Positions 51,101 to 60,925 are shown, counted from the first letter of the stretch. The stretch: 64,000 nt of DNA from Candidatus Zhuqueibacterota bacterium (GCA_016931935.1 JAFGDW010000261.1:2966-66965); one strand, 5' to 3'. The notes: generated from the sequence alone by a model not told the origin. Numbers and translations are program-made.

Positions 51101-51663
51101 TAGTAAAGCTCCTGATCCGCATTGAATTCATTCTTGCCAAAAAATCCATTCCACGAACCAATCCACCCGGGATCGCCGGAATCGCCACGTTTATCGCGCC
51201 AACCTCCCTGGGATGCTGGCGGCCAGGTTTCCGGATCATCACTTTTAGCCACTCGCATTGGGTCCAGGTCAGGATTCTGAAATCCGGGCACTGGCTCCAT
51301 CGACCAGGTATTGCCCTCAGGGCTGGAACGCCAGGCAAACACATCAACCATTTTAATGGATTCATCCTGATCGTTTTTCACTTCACCACCAATCCAGATA
51401 CCCACGATCGAAATGTAAATCCGGTCGGTGTTCTTCGGCCATTCGTAGTTCACTGATTCCGGCACTTCCCGTGGCGCGCCGCTGTAACCGGTATTGAAAA
51501 TTGATGTCCGCAGGTTGTTACCATCAATATTGGAAAATGCCCGAAAATTCTGATCCCCGCGCTGATCGGATGGCACGTGCTGCAAGGTTTGCGCATAACC
51601 AGTAGTAGTGATGATTACTACGAAGATGATAAGCTTCGGAATTAGTTTTTTTGTGAATTGCAT
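48145..51663 (-). CDS. 1172-aa secreted protein with Asp-rich Ca-binding-like loops and a variant Por-type C-terminal domain
   Basis: Signal peptide ending GYAQT. DNDGDADTNP, DEDLDGLIDE and DGFDNDGDWNSLNDDLGLDGKK loops. The C-terminus VVPNPYIATVSWEPKN...CTIRIYDVNGTLVDKL...GVYLYHIDAPGIGQKTGTFAVIK resembles a T9SS CTD with an insertion. Confidence 0.65.
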   Translation of the reverse strand: MQFTKKLIPKLIIFVVIITTTGYAQTLQHVPSDQRGDQNFRAFSNIDGNNLRTSIFNTGYSGAPREVPESVNYEWPKNTDRIYISIVGIWIGGEVKNDQDESIKMVDVFAWRSSPEGNTWSMEPVPGFQNPDLDPMRVAKSDDPETWPPASQGGWRDKRGDSGDPGWIGSWNGFFGKNEFNADQELYYRCSDDLYDRFNYYPDTTDLSRHGLGLLMDVRTFAWSQVLINDEIFFIHDIKNDGTKRIPKTSFLIFLADYVGGDGLDDQPFIDLQSDIAFLTDSDRTGTDAFAGTPVGVAAIKYLETPGNQVDGIDNDGDADTNPQILAMMEGDTETLLPHFVDNDFSPRQLFPGDKIVLIDNKTFERRITTYPANGGTVVSMGQEIELPADGITLEEDTTANLLDEDLDGLIDESYTLHRWRFDEITQEEGPVRYINYLAFAVGDTIKRGFIVPGKNTAMSYTTIAPMVDESRDDGFDNDGDWNSLNDDLGLDGKKATGDPGENDGVPTSGAGTEFQGEANIDKTDVSETDLIGLTAAVQIPVGDISYNSTPDRYLFDYFMTPGSFDLPRPTGEYDTFVSSGFFPLDPGQRQRMAISVAISAGGQSRDEDINSVIGKLGESRKAYEADYQFAKAPTQVTLTAVPGDGEVTLYWDEIAEYSRDRYIADIGGIAEDFEGYRIYRATDPAFLDAKIITDGFGVARLYKPIAQFDRKDGITGFDPVGFNGIQFYLGDDTGLVHSFKDQGLVNGQRYFYAVTAYDFGFPAADIAPSETPISIDVNLQGDIRTGTNVKVVVPAAKAAGYMPAEVESFTHATGSATGEIQLEVIDPANIQHGHTYKITFEDTLKTGKDTDTLTTKNFTVTDITGPETIVIDKSTLIHEDDEIPVFDGVQLTLINEKNVSLDAVKSGWNRGEIYPFVFSPVTFIGVKGEKRPNDYRVIIGDVGVSASKDTSIGFFKLPSKQVNFQVFNIISGNPVEFAFAELDGSDGRLSVDPRDADNTDIIMLLEPNQTGKLVYTWQIYLNLKPNGENPAPGDTLNIYLKKPFLTQDSYRFTMKGAMTSKSLAKRELDDIRVVPNPYIATVSWEPKNTYRSGRGPREIHFINLPNICTIRIYDVNGTLVDKLDHETTIENGAEVWDVLSREGLDISYGVYLYHIDAPGIGQKTGTFAVIK

Positions 51664-51761
51664 ATTGGAATTCCTGTTGTATTTTTAAACTTATATTTTC
51701 TATTTTAATCACTCACTCATTCCGCCTGTCTCTGGCGGCACGATTTATGGGGGAATTTCTA

Positions 51762-54524
51762 TTAAAATCCAAACTTCACTCCCACTTGAACTCGCCGCGG
51801 CGCAGAATAATAATCCGGGCGCACGAACCAGGTCGGATCGGCTTCGACATCTTGCACTTGATAAATCGTATGATCCGGCAATCCACTGTCGGTAAACACA
51901 TCGATGGGATTTTTCGCGTCGAACAGATTGTACACCCGCATAAAAAGTTCCGTATCGAATTTATAGAGATTCAGCGATTTGAATGCGTACAGATCCACCA
52001 TAAACCGATTGGGCTTGCGACGAAGATTGGTCGGTAATCCTGAAATTACGTTCTGTCCGGTTTGGGTTGCAAACGGGAAGTCGGGAGTATAGGGCTGCCC
52101 GGAATAATAGCGTGCAAGAATATTCAGGCCAAGATCACGCTTGCCCACAAACACGTTCAAGTTGAGCGCATGGCGTTGATCCCAATCAAGCGGAGCGAGC
52201 TGCTTCTTGGGTTCAGCGCCGGAATTGAGTGCATCGTATTCATCTTCAGGACTGGAATTGGTGCCTTGAACGACTTGATATGTGTAATCCACATCCAGCG
52301 CAAAATTTTTGGACATTCGCTTAATAATGGAAACTGTTACACCCTTCACATTAGCGTAATCTCGATTGATATTTTTGGAGTATGTGACACCGGCAACGTA
52401 GGTAGGAATCGGCGCGCTGGTTGAAATCCAGTCGCGAATATCGCGGTAATAGCCGGTAATATCGACGCCAATATTATCGGATAATTGTTGCTTCAATCCC
52501 AGCTCGTACATCGTGGTGCGCTGGGGATTGAGATCAGGATTTCCGTAAGGTCCCCAAATCGCCTGTGTTTCTGCCAGCTTCAGTTGATCTCCCTCGTACA
52601 ATTGGCGATACTCGGGAATTTGCTGAAAAATACCATAGGAAAAGTGTATCACACCTTTATCCGTAATCGGATATGCGATACCGAAGCGCGGACTCACCTG
52701 CGTTTTAGCGGAGCTGTTTTCATACCAAAAGGCCTCGCGTTCTTCTAATGCATATTCATTGGTTATTGTCTGTTCATCCAGACTGATGACGCCGTCACTA
52801 TTGGAGTCTTTGTAAATATGGATTAGCCGCTGGGGATTGTACACATTGGGATCTTTGGGGTCATCCGGAATATGGCCATTGGCTTGGAAATAATCGAAGC
52901 GCATCCCAAAATTGATGACGACATTTTCATACTCAATTTTATCCTGAAGGTATGCTGAAAATGCATCCGGCTCACGTTTAAACAAATTGTGATTGGAAGA
53001 CGATACCGCTTCAATGAACGGCTTAAACGGTTCGATTTGTATACCGCTGGCATCACGTTGCGGTACCAGCGTTATCTCTTCAAAATTTACAATGTCACGC
53101 TTGATTTCCACACCGGTTTTCAATTGATGATTTCTTGTGACCTGGCTGGTGAAATCAAGTTTCCCGATCAGGCTACGGGTGGAACGCTCCGACCGGAACA
53201 GATCGGTGCCGGCCTTGAAAAATTCATTCGAGCCGGCAGTGAGTGAATCGGGGTGAACGTAACGTGAATCATACGGATCTTCGTAGAGATACGATTTATC
53301 CTTATTTTCCTTCACGGAAAAAATCGTTTCGTAAAACGTGTTTTTGTTCAACACATGCGTAAGTTTTGCAATTATTGTTGCGCCATAGCCGGTTGAGTGA
53401 CGCATACCTTCGGGATTAAGGCGATAGTTATGATTGTACCAGTGGCTTTTGTAAGTATTTCCCAGTGCGTCAATTTTTAATGTCAGCGGCTCCAGCAGTT
53501 TCCATTCAAACGCGGCCTGGCCGCTCCAGCGTTCGTTGGCATTCATCGCAACCGGACTACTGTCACCGACTACTGGCACCAATTGGCCGCTCACCATTCG
53601 TTTTCTGCCTTGCGGACTGTAAGCGTTGGGGCCGTACAGGTAGCCGCCATTTTTCAGACGTCGTGCAGTAGCAAAAAAAGTCAGACGATCTTTTAAAAAC
53701 GGACCACTAACAGTGCCCGCCAGATTGTAATCTGATACGGGAGTGAAGTCATCGATATTCCAGAAAATATCGGTGTCCTTGCTTAAATAGTCGCCGGTCC
53801 AGGCTTCCACGCGGCCGTTGAATTCGTTACTACCGGTTTTTGTGACAATATTAATGACGCCGCTCATGGCGTTGCCGTACTCAGCGTTGAACGTTCCGCT
53901 GATCACCTGCAATTCCTGGATAGACTCATTCTCAACGGTCAACGCCTGCTCGCGGTTAAAATCATCAGTAATGCTGATACCGTTAACCATATAGGAAATT
54001 TCCGACGACCGGCCGCCGCGAATGTGCAAATGATTATCGACATCGCGTGTGATCCCTGCCTGTAAATCGAGGATATCGTCGACATTCTGCACCGGCATTT
54101 TATCGATTTTATCCGATTGAATACGCGCCTCGGATGAGGTTAAATCCTTACGCACCAGCGGCCGTTCAGCGATAATTACCACCTCGGCGCCCTGTAGTGT
54201 TTCCTGCTGCATCGAAATATCCACGTGGGTTGTCAGATCGGTAAGCACCTCAACTTCTTTAACGTAGGTGCGCTGATATCCCATAAACTCCGCACGGATT
54301 GTATGCTGTCCGGGCGGCACCCGCAAAATAATGTATTGCCCGCTTCTGTCCGCGGCTGCGCCCAACGACGTTTTGTCAATAATCACATTCGCCCCCGGTA
54401 AAGGCTCCCCGGTGCTGCCATCCCTGACCACGCCCACGATTTTACCGGCAGTCTGCGCACAGGATGGCTTGTGTATGAAAACCAGAAACAACGGGATGAA
54501 CATAATGAATCGGATTTTTTTCAT
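51762..54524 (-). CDS. TonB-dependent outer-membrane receptor (SusC-like; CarboxypepD_reg domain, plug, barrel)
   Basis: GKIVGVVRDGSTGEPLPGANVII...YIILRVPPGQHTIRAEFMGYQ (regulatory-like domain). Plug segment DDILDLQAGIT...IRGGRSSEISYMVNGISI. C-terminus VGVKFGF. Confidence 0.8.
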   Translation of the reverse strand: MKKIRFIMFIPLFLVFIHKPSCAQTAGKIVGVVRDGSTGEPLPGANVIIDKTSLGAAADRSGQYIILRVPPGQHTIRAEFMGYQRTYVKEVEVLTDLTTHVDISMQQETLQGAEVVIIAERPLVRKDLTSSEARIQSDKIDKMPVQNVDDILDLQAGITRDVDNHLHIRGGRSSEISYMVNGISITDDFNREQALTVENESIQELQVISGTFNAEYGNAMSGVINIVTKTGSNEFNGRVEAWTGDYLSKDTDIFWNIDDFTPVSDYNLAGTVSGPFLKDRLTFFATARRLKNGGYLYGPNAYSPQGRKRMVSGQLVPVVGDSSPVAMNANERWSGQAAFEWKLLEPLTLKIDALGNTYKSHWYNHNYRLNPEGMRHSTGYGATIIAKLTHVLNKNTFYETIFSVKENKDKSYLYEDPYDSRYVHPDSLTAGSNEFFKAGTDLFRSERSTRSLIGKLDFTSQVTRNHQLKTGVEIKRDIVNFEEITLVPQRDASGIQIEPFKPFIEAVSSSNHNLFKREPDAFSAYLQDKIEYENVVINFGMRFDYFQANGHIPDDPKDPNVYNPQRLIHIYKDSNSDGVISLDEQTITNEYALEEREAFWYENSSAKTQVSPRFGIAYPITDKGVIHFSYGIFQQIPEYRQLYEGDQLKLAETQAIWGPYGNPDLNPQRTTMYELGLKQQLSDNIGVDITGYYRDIRDWISTSAPIPTYVAGVTYSKNINRDYANVKGVTVSIIKRMSKNFALDVDYTYQVVQGTNSSPEDEYDALNSGAEPKKQLAPLDWDQRHALNLNVFVGKRDLGLNILARYYSGQPYTPDFPFATQTGQNVISGLPTNLRRKPNRFMVDLYAFKSLNLYKFDTELFMRVYNLFDAKNPIDVFTDSGLPDHTIYQVQDVEADPTWFVRPDYYSAPRRVQVGVKFGF

Positions 54525-54546
54525 TCCTGTATTCCTCTATATATAT

Positions 54547-56235
54547 TTACATCGTTGATGCAAGTAATTTCTCCGGAAACGTTCTGACTTTAACCGTTCC
54601 GCGAATTGAATCTACCAATGCCTTTCGTGTTTTTTTCTCCCACATCGGTCGCAGGCCGTTTTCCAGCATCGGCCGGGCCTCATCGTAAGCGCGTAATTGT
54701 TTCGCGGATTTTCCCACGCATTTAAAAAACGCGTACTGATTATTGATCAGGATTGGTCCTGTCCACTCACCAATCTTCATCGGAAATATTTTATCAGCAT
54801 ATGCGTCAAGATCATTGTAACTGAATTCACCAATATCGCCGCCATTTTCCGCACTGTATCTTCTAACAGAAAATGAGCGGACAAGCTGCTCAAACGATTC
54901 ATGCTGTGATAATCGACTTATAATTGCACCGGCAAAATTCTCATTCTCGACAGCTAATTCGCACAAATGAATCCGTGGCGGAATGGCGAATTTCTCGGGA
55001 TTTTGCTGATAATATTTTCGAAGGGTATCTTCCGGGATGACAGTCTGTTCGGCGATCACCTGCTGCATTTGGGTGAGCAGATAATCGTCCAGTTTAGTTT
55101 GTACGGCTGCTTTATATTCATCGGTTTGATCAAGCTTGAAATGCTTTGCCTGTGAAATGATCCAACTCCGCACAATAATTCCGGCAATGAAATCCTGCAG
55201 GTTTTCCTTATTTCGAATCCACCGCTGTTGATCATCGGATGAAAATGCAGCCTGCTCCTGAAATGCAGCCACATCCCATGTTCCGAGTTTAGATCGCACC
55301 AGACGTTGCTGTTTAAATTCATTATCGATGATTGTATTGTTGTTTTCATCCTGTTGCTTCAACACCTGCCAGAATTTATTCAGCGTCGATTCATCAAATC
55401 GTATATTCAATTGTAGCCGCATGGAATCGACAAAGGCGCGTGTCAGAACTTTATGTTTACGATAATTTACGTAGATTGCCAGTTTGTCCCGGCGTTGTGT
55501 ATACTCAGTTTCCGTTAGCAGTGGCCGGATTTGGCGCTCCTGGACTTGAATAATGCTGTATCCGGTTGCGGTGCGTACCGGTTTGGATATTTTCCCAATC
55601 GGCAGAGCGAAAGCGCTATCTTCAAATGTCGGATCCATTTCATCAACAGTGAAAAATCCCAATGAACCACCGTTATCCCGAAGTTGCGGATCCTGAAAAA
55701 TGTCGTGTGCTATTGCTTCCCAGGATACACCATTTAGAAGCAACTGATACAGAGAATCGGCCTGGTGACGTGATAAAGCATATAAATGACGCGCATTGAT
55801 TTTTGTGTTATAGCGAACGAACATATTCTGCAATTCTGTTTCGGAAATTGCGATATTCTTCAACACCTTCTGTTGGAGATAGCAATTAAGCAATTCCTGA
55901 ATTTTAATTCGTTCCTGTTCAAATTTTCCGGCGTCACAATTTAGAAAACCTCGCTCGCGGGCATTATGAATTAATAAAGCTTCGTCGATCATAGAGCGGA
56001 ATATTTCATTGCGAACTTGTGCATTATCCGCTATCTGGATTTTCTGTCGGGTTGCGTTGAAGCGGGATTGAAAATCAGCGATTGTAATTTTTCGGTGACC
56101 TATAATGGCGAGTGTGGAATCATTATTCCTGGAGCAGGAAAATGGGCTAATGCTGATGATAAGTAGTATGAATAATAAATGTTGAGAAAACATCGTCCGC
56201 CTTAAAAGATATAGTGTAGAGATAAAGTCATTCAT
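54547..56235 (-). CDS. SurA/PpiD-like peptidyl-prolyl isomerase with two parvulin-like domains; possible lipoprotein
   Basis: GGSLGFFTVDEMDPTFEDSAFALPIGKISKPVRTATGYSIIQV and GGDIGEFSYNDL...MKIGEWTGPILINNQYAFFKCV. SPFSC is a possible lipobox. An alternative start is ATG 56193. Confidence 0.65.
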   Translation of the reverse strand: MNDFISTLYLLRRTMFSQHLLFILLIISISPFSCSRNNDSTLAIIGHRKITIADFQSRFNATRQKIQIADNAQVRNEIFRSMIDEALLIHNARERGFLNCDAGKFEQERIKIQELLNCYLQQKVLKNIAISETELQNMFVRYNTKINARHLYALSRHQADSLYQLLLNGVSWEAIAHDIFQDPQLRDNGGSLGFFTVDEMDPTFEDSAFALPIGKISKPVRTATGYSIIQVQERQIRPLLTETEYTQRRDKLAIYVNYRKHKVLTRAFVDSMRLQLNIRFDESTLNKFWQVLKQQDENNNTIIDNEFKQQRLVRSKLGTWDVAAFQEQAAFSSDDQQRWIRNKENLQDFIAGIIVRSWIISQAKHFKLDQTDEYKAAVQTKLDDYLLTQMQQVIAEQTVIPEDTLRKYYQQNPEKFAIPPRIHLCELAVENENFAGAIISRLSQHESFEQLVRSFSVRRYSAENGGDIGEFSYNDLDAYADKIFPMKIGEWTGPILINNQYAFFKCVGKSAKQLRAYDEARPMLENGLRPMWEKKTRKALVDSIRGTVKVRTFPEKLLASTM

Positions 56236-56548
56236 AACTTGATTTTTTCACCGCATTATAATTTTGCAAAAATTCAAATCGACTTAATTTACAATTAAAT
56301 CGATATGCCCAAAAACACAACTTAAAAACCGTTGGAAAACCGTTTGAAAACGTTGCTAACGATTTGTAACATTTAAATAAACAGCGGTTGAACGTACAAT
56401 AGTTGCCTTCGAGCCCCATCGAGAAGCTCAGAATATCGGGCTTGGACTATGAAACAGATCATCTGGTATGGTTTTCGGATTAGCTTAAAAGATTTTATTT
56501 GATATCGCCTCCCTTCCTAGAATTAACCAATCTCGTGCAATTCAGCGT

Positions 56549-58347
56549 TTAAGGATAAATCAGCTCAACCGGAGACAAAGTAACCGGACCAATTGTCATG
56601 GCGCCGATATACCAGTCATCGTGATTGCGTCTGGCAACGACAACGTATTCCCCAACCTTTGCAAACGGCGGTCTCGTTTCATCCCATACTGTTGGCACGT
56701 TCGACAAGTATTCCATGCATTCCGGTTCTTTCAAATAGTTGGATGGATTGTCAGCAAGCATTTGCAAGGGAATTTCAAACATGGCGTACATCGCGAGCTG
56801 GTGGCAGCGGGTGCCAAACGTCATCGGGCGATTGAATATGGGACGGAAATTATCCTTTTGTGCATTGATCATGCCGCCGGGCGTGTAATCCATCGGTCCC
56901 CGAACCATGCGAATAAACGGCAACGTTACATTATGTCCCGGAATAAACAGCGGCGACCATTTGCAATGTTCGAGACCACGAACGCCTTCCCGGGCAATGA
57001 CATTGGGATAGGCGCGGCGCAATCCTGCTGGTTTGTAGCAACCGTGAAAATCGACCAGTAATTTACGTTTGGCTGCCTCGCCGGCAATTTTCCAATAATA
57101 GTTCACCACAGCCTGATCATCGCGCTGCATGAAATCGACCTTAATTCCCTTCACTCCCCATTTTTCAAACTGATCAAGAGCAGGTTGCAGTTGATTATCG
57201 AGTGTTTTCCAGATCACCCACAGGATGATGCCGACATTTTTTTCGCGGCCATGCGCCAAAATCGCTTCCATATCGATGTCCGGATTGATGGCAAATAAGT
57301 CTCCCAGCGTGTACCAGCCCTCATCGAGAATGATATATTCAATGCCGTATTTCGAAGCAAAATCAATGTAGTATTTGTAGGTTTCGTTATTAACGCCGGA
57401 TTTAAAATCGACGCCGTACACATTTAGTGCGTTCCACCAATCCCACGCGACCTTACCCGGTTTAATCCATGCTGTGTCATCAAGTTGCAGGGGTGTGGAC
57501 AGCAGGCATACCATCTGATTTGTTATTAAATCACCAGCATTGTCGGTAATCGCCATTACGCGCCAGGGGAAAGTTCGCGAACTGCTTGTTTTGGCAATAT
57601 AATCGGCGCGCTCCGTCACCGTAATGTCTCGGTCATTCAGCGGCGTTTCAGCTAACGCCACGTGCAGTTGAATTCCGAAAAGCGTGTTTTGCTCGTTGAC
57701 TTGTAGCCACAAGCCAGCGTAATCGACCAGATCAGCTTCCGTTACCAGCACATGAACGCCTTCGGCTGTCGTGACCAGCATTGGCAAGCTGCAAAATATA
57801 CCCGGTTTCAATTCACTTAACAAACTTTTTTGGTACAATCGCTCGTTATGCGACATCATGCTTTCCTCTTCGGGGAAATAAATCGTGTCTTCCGCTGCAA
57901 AATTGAAAGTGACCTGTTTAGAGGCAATCATGATGTCATGTTTAAAATCCGTTAGGAACCGGTGGCGGGGCCGTTGTTATACGCTCGAAAAGTGAGGCTG
58001 TAATTGCCAGCGAATTTCAATATGAATTCATTATATACTTCATCGATTTAATCCGATTTCAATTTTACAACAGGGGTCATGACATTTTGTATGGATTTTT
58101 TCGTTGTATCGACAACCCCGGGATTTTCGCCAAGGATCGCGCCGTCTTTGAGTGTAAGTGAGATGATTGAAGGTGAAATGATTTCGCTTTTGTCGAAAAA
58201 GACCGCGTAAGAGATGTTATCATCAGCATTAATTTGAATCTCGATTTTTTGGTTGGGAGAGTGAAGTTTGTAGGTTTTAGCGTTAGAAATTTGAATTGAT
58301 ATAAGAATGTTACTAAGGATTAGGAAACAAACGCTTGTTTTATTCAT
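56549..58347 (-). pseudogene. decayed GH97 glycoside hydrolase: in-frame TAA, a 1-nt frameshift and loss of the C-terminal domain
   Basis: The N-fragment ends ...VVKLKSD-TAA(58048-58050)-IDEVYNEFILKFAGNYSLTFRAYNNG in frame. Near 57960-57975 the reading frame must then shift (GPATGS* in one frame versus ...HRFLTDFKHDIMIASKQ in the other) to join the 460-aa ORF. That ORF carries KPGKVAWDWWNA and IILDEGW. The ORF stops shortly after WYIGAMT, with no C-terminal domain downstream. Confidence 0.7.
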
Positions 58348-58400
58348 GAGGAATTCTCCTATTCGATTCTGATCGTTCCGCCTGACGCTTGCGGAATAAA

Positions 58401-60851
58401 TTATTTCACAATAGTTAAGGTTGTTTGTGCTGTTCCAAGTGCTTTTGCTGATGCTGTAATTCTTACATCACCGGGCTTGATTCCCGTCTTTACGATGAGC
58501 ATGGCTTTCCCGTAAAAAAGCTTTACGCGAGTTGCCTGAAACGGTGCGTATGATCGCTGATCGCCATTGCCCACCCCGGCAATCTCAGCAGGACCATCCA
58601 CTTTCAATCCAATCGTATTCTCCGCCAATGGACACGGATTGCCGGTTTTGTCGAATGCCTCAATCAAAATATAGGATAAATCCATGCCGTCCGATTGCAA
58701 CCTGGTTCGATCCGGGGTAAGTCTTATGCTGTGTGGCGCGTCGGCCGTTCGTATGAATTGTTCGCCAATTAATTGTCCCTCTTTATAAGCGACAGCTTTG
58801 AGCTCGCCGGGTTTGTACACAACCTCATCCCATCTTAAGCGAAACCGTTCTGTGGATATTTCAGAGCGCGGATTTTTGCATTTCTTGCCAAGCGATTTAC
58901 CATTCAGGAATAATTCAACGCAGTCGCCATTGGTATACACAAACACCGGGATTTTTTCATCCACCTTGTCCGGCCAGTTCCAATGGGGCAATATATGGAT
59001 CGTGGTTTCATCCTGTTTCCAGTAGCTCTTGTACAAATAATAGCGATCTTTGGGAATGCCGCACAAATCGACTATCCCGAAATAGGAGCTGCGGGAAGCA
59101 TCTTTGGAATCCATCCCCATGTGCCGCAACGACCAACTACTGTAAGGTGTTGGTTCACCGAGGTAATCAAAACCGGTCCAGACAAATTCACCGGCGATAT
59201 AATTTTCATCCTGCTGCCACATGAAATCATCATCGGGGAGGTCGGCCCAAACCGGAGCGTTTAAATCGTATGAACTTACATACATCGATTTTGTGAAATC
59301 GGTTTTCTTCTCCGGAAGTGGCAATTCATAAAATCCGCGCGTACTCACAGTGGAACCGGATTCACTAATAATCACCGATTTATTGGGTTCCAATTGTCGC
59401 GCCAGTAAATACCGGCGACCGTAATTCCAGGAGTGAACGTCGTAATAATCGAAGTGACGAAGTTTTGCACTTTCGTAGCGATCACAAACCAACGTTACCG
59501 GACGGGTGTGATCGTACTTGCGCACGTAATTCACCATCGTATGCAGCCGCTGGAATCCATTATTCTGATTCCACTGAACATCGCCAATTTCATTCCCCAC
59601 ACTCCAGATAAAAATTGAGGGATGATTGCGGTCACGCACCACAAAATTTCGCACGTTGCGATGGGCAAATTCTTCAAAGTCAGTGGAGTTGGTGATATCG
59701 GCTTTGTTATCGTACTTATCAAATATTTCATCGAACACCAACAGTCCTTTCCGGTCACACATGTCGAGCAGTTCCGGCGCCGCAACATTGTGGCTGGTGC
59801 GAATGGCATTACAGCCCATGGCAATCATGATGTCCAGTTGCCGTTCCATCGCCCGCGGATAAAACGCAGCGCCAAGCGGACCGTGATCGTGATGCAGATT
59901 CACCCCCTTAAATTGTACCCGTTTATCATTCAGGTAAAAACCATCATCCGCAGTGAATCGCATCGTCCTGACTCCAAACGGAGTGATATAAGTATCGACA
60001 ACATTATTATTCATAAGAATGTTGGTTTTAAGCTGGTAAAGCACGGGATGTTCAAGCTCCCAACGTTGGGGATTCGTCAAAGTTATAGTCATTTCCACAC
60101 ATCGGGATGAATTGGCATCGAGCGAATCGAGTTTTGTCTCCCGTGCAATTTCACTTCCATTCGGACTGATAATGACATTTTCAACGATGATTTTCTGCTG
60201 GAAGCTCGTTTTGTTTTGAATTGTGCTACGAATTCTTACATCGGCGGCATGCGATTTGACAATGGGTGTAGTTATATAAGTTCCCCACACATCGACATGT
60301 ACAGGATCGACGATGATTAATTGCACTTTACGATAGATACCCGCACCGGGATACCATCGGCTATCATGCTGGCGAGTGTCCGCATGGACGGCAATCAGGT
60401 TTTCACTGCCGGAATGTAAAAACGGAGTGATGTCCAGGTAAAACGAATTATAGCCGTAATCCCATGTTCCAGCCAGTTTCCCATTTACATACACTTTCGG
60501 AAAGGCCATAATCCCATCACACAGCACATAAATGGTTTTACCAGTCCAGGATTCATTAGCATCGAACTTCATTCGATACCAACCCTCGTCACGCCAGGGC
60601 AGCTTGCCCGTATTTCCATCGCCATCAGGAATGAACGGACCGGCAATTGCCCAATCGTGTGGAATTGTAACATGCTGCCAACGGGAGTCATCAAAATTGA
60701 TTTGTTGGGCATTGATCTGCTCGCCGTTTTCGAACTTCCAACCATCGCGCAATGTTATTACATCGCGGGCATAACCGCAAACGAACGACATGAATATGCT
60801 TGCTACTATAATAGCCGCATCTATCAAAATAAATCCGGATCGTTGCTTCAT
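58401..60851 (-). CDS. GH2 beta-galactosidase, signal peptide
   Basis: LRDGWKF...WQHVTIPHDWAI, NAIRTSHN and NHPSIFIWSVGNEI, plus C-terminal domains typical of Bacteroidetes-type GH2. 816 aa. Confidence 0.85.
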   Translation of the reverse strand: MKQRSGFILIDAAIIVASIFMSFVCGYARDVITLRDGWKFENGEQINAQQINFDDSRWQHVTIPHDWAIAGPFIPDGDGNTGKLPWRDEGWYRMKFDANESWTGKTIYVLCDGIMAFPKVYVNGKLAGTWDYGYNSFYLDITPFLHSGSENLIAVHADTRQHDSRWYPGAGIYRKVQLIIVDPVHVDVWGTYITTPIVKSHAADVRIRSTIQNKTSFQQKIIVENVIISPNGSEIARETKLDSLDANSSRCVEMTITLTNPQRWELEHPVLYQLKTNILMNNNVVDTYITPFGVRTMRFTADDGFYLNDKRVQFKGVNLHHDHGPLGAAFYPRAMERQLDIMIAMGCNAIRTSHNVAAPELLDMCDRKGLLVFDEIFDKYDNKADITNSTDFEEFAHRNVRNFVVRDRNHPSIFIWSVGNEIGDVQWNQNNGFQRLHTMVNYVRKYDHTRPVTLVCDRYESAKLRHFDYYDVHSWNYGRRYLLARQLEPNKSVIISESGSTVSTRGFYELPLPEKKTDFTKSMYVSSYDLNAPVWADLPDDDFMWQQDENYIAGEFVWTGFDYLGEPTPYSSWSLRHMGMDSKDASRSSYFGIVDLCGIPKDRYYLYKSYWKQDETTIHILPHWNWPDKVDEKIPVFVYTNGDCVELFLNGKSLGKKCKNPRSEISTERFRLRWDEVVYKPGELKAVAYKEGQLIGEQFIRTADAPHSIRLTPDRTRLQSDGMDLSYILIEAFDKTGNPCPLAENTIGLKVDGPAEIAGVGNGDQRSYAPFQATRVKLFYGKAMLIVKTGIKPGDVRITASAKALGTAQTTLTIVK

Positions 60852-60925
60852 ACTTTTTCCTATCGCTAATTGAATGAAATTAGTTCTTATTTAAAATTTC
60901 TTTCTTTCAAATAAGCTTTCTGCAT

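Noticed and set aside
41271-58050. Possibility that TAA is reassigned or read through genome-wide, given two in-frame TAAs at 41271-41273 and 58048-58050
   Set aside because: TAA terminates several neighbouring intact genes (for example the stops at 42084, 44474 and 51762). The GH97 case also carries a frameshift and a truncation. Ordinary nonsense mutation or sequence error is the simpler reading.
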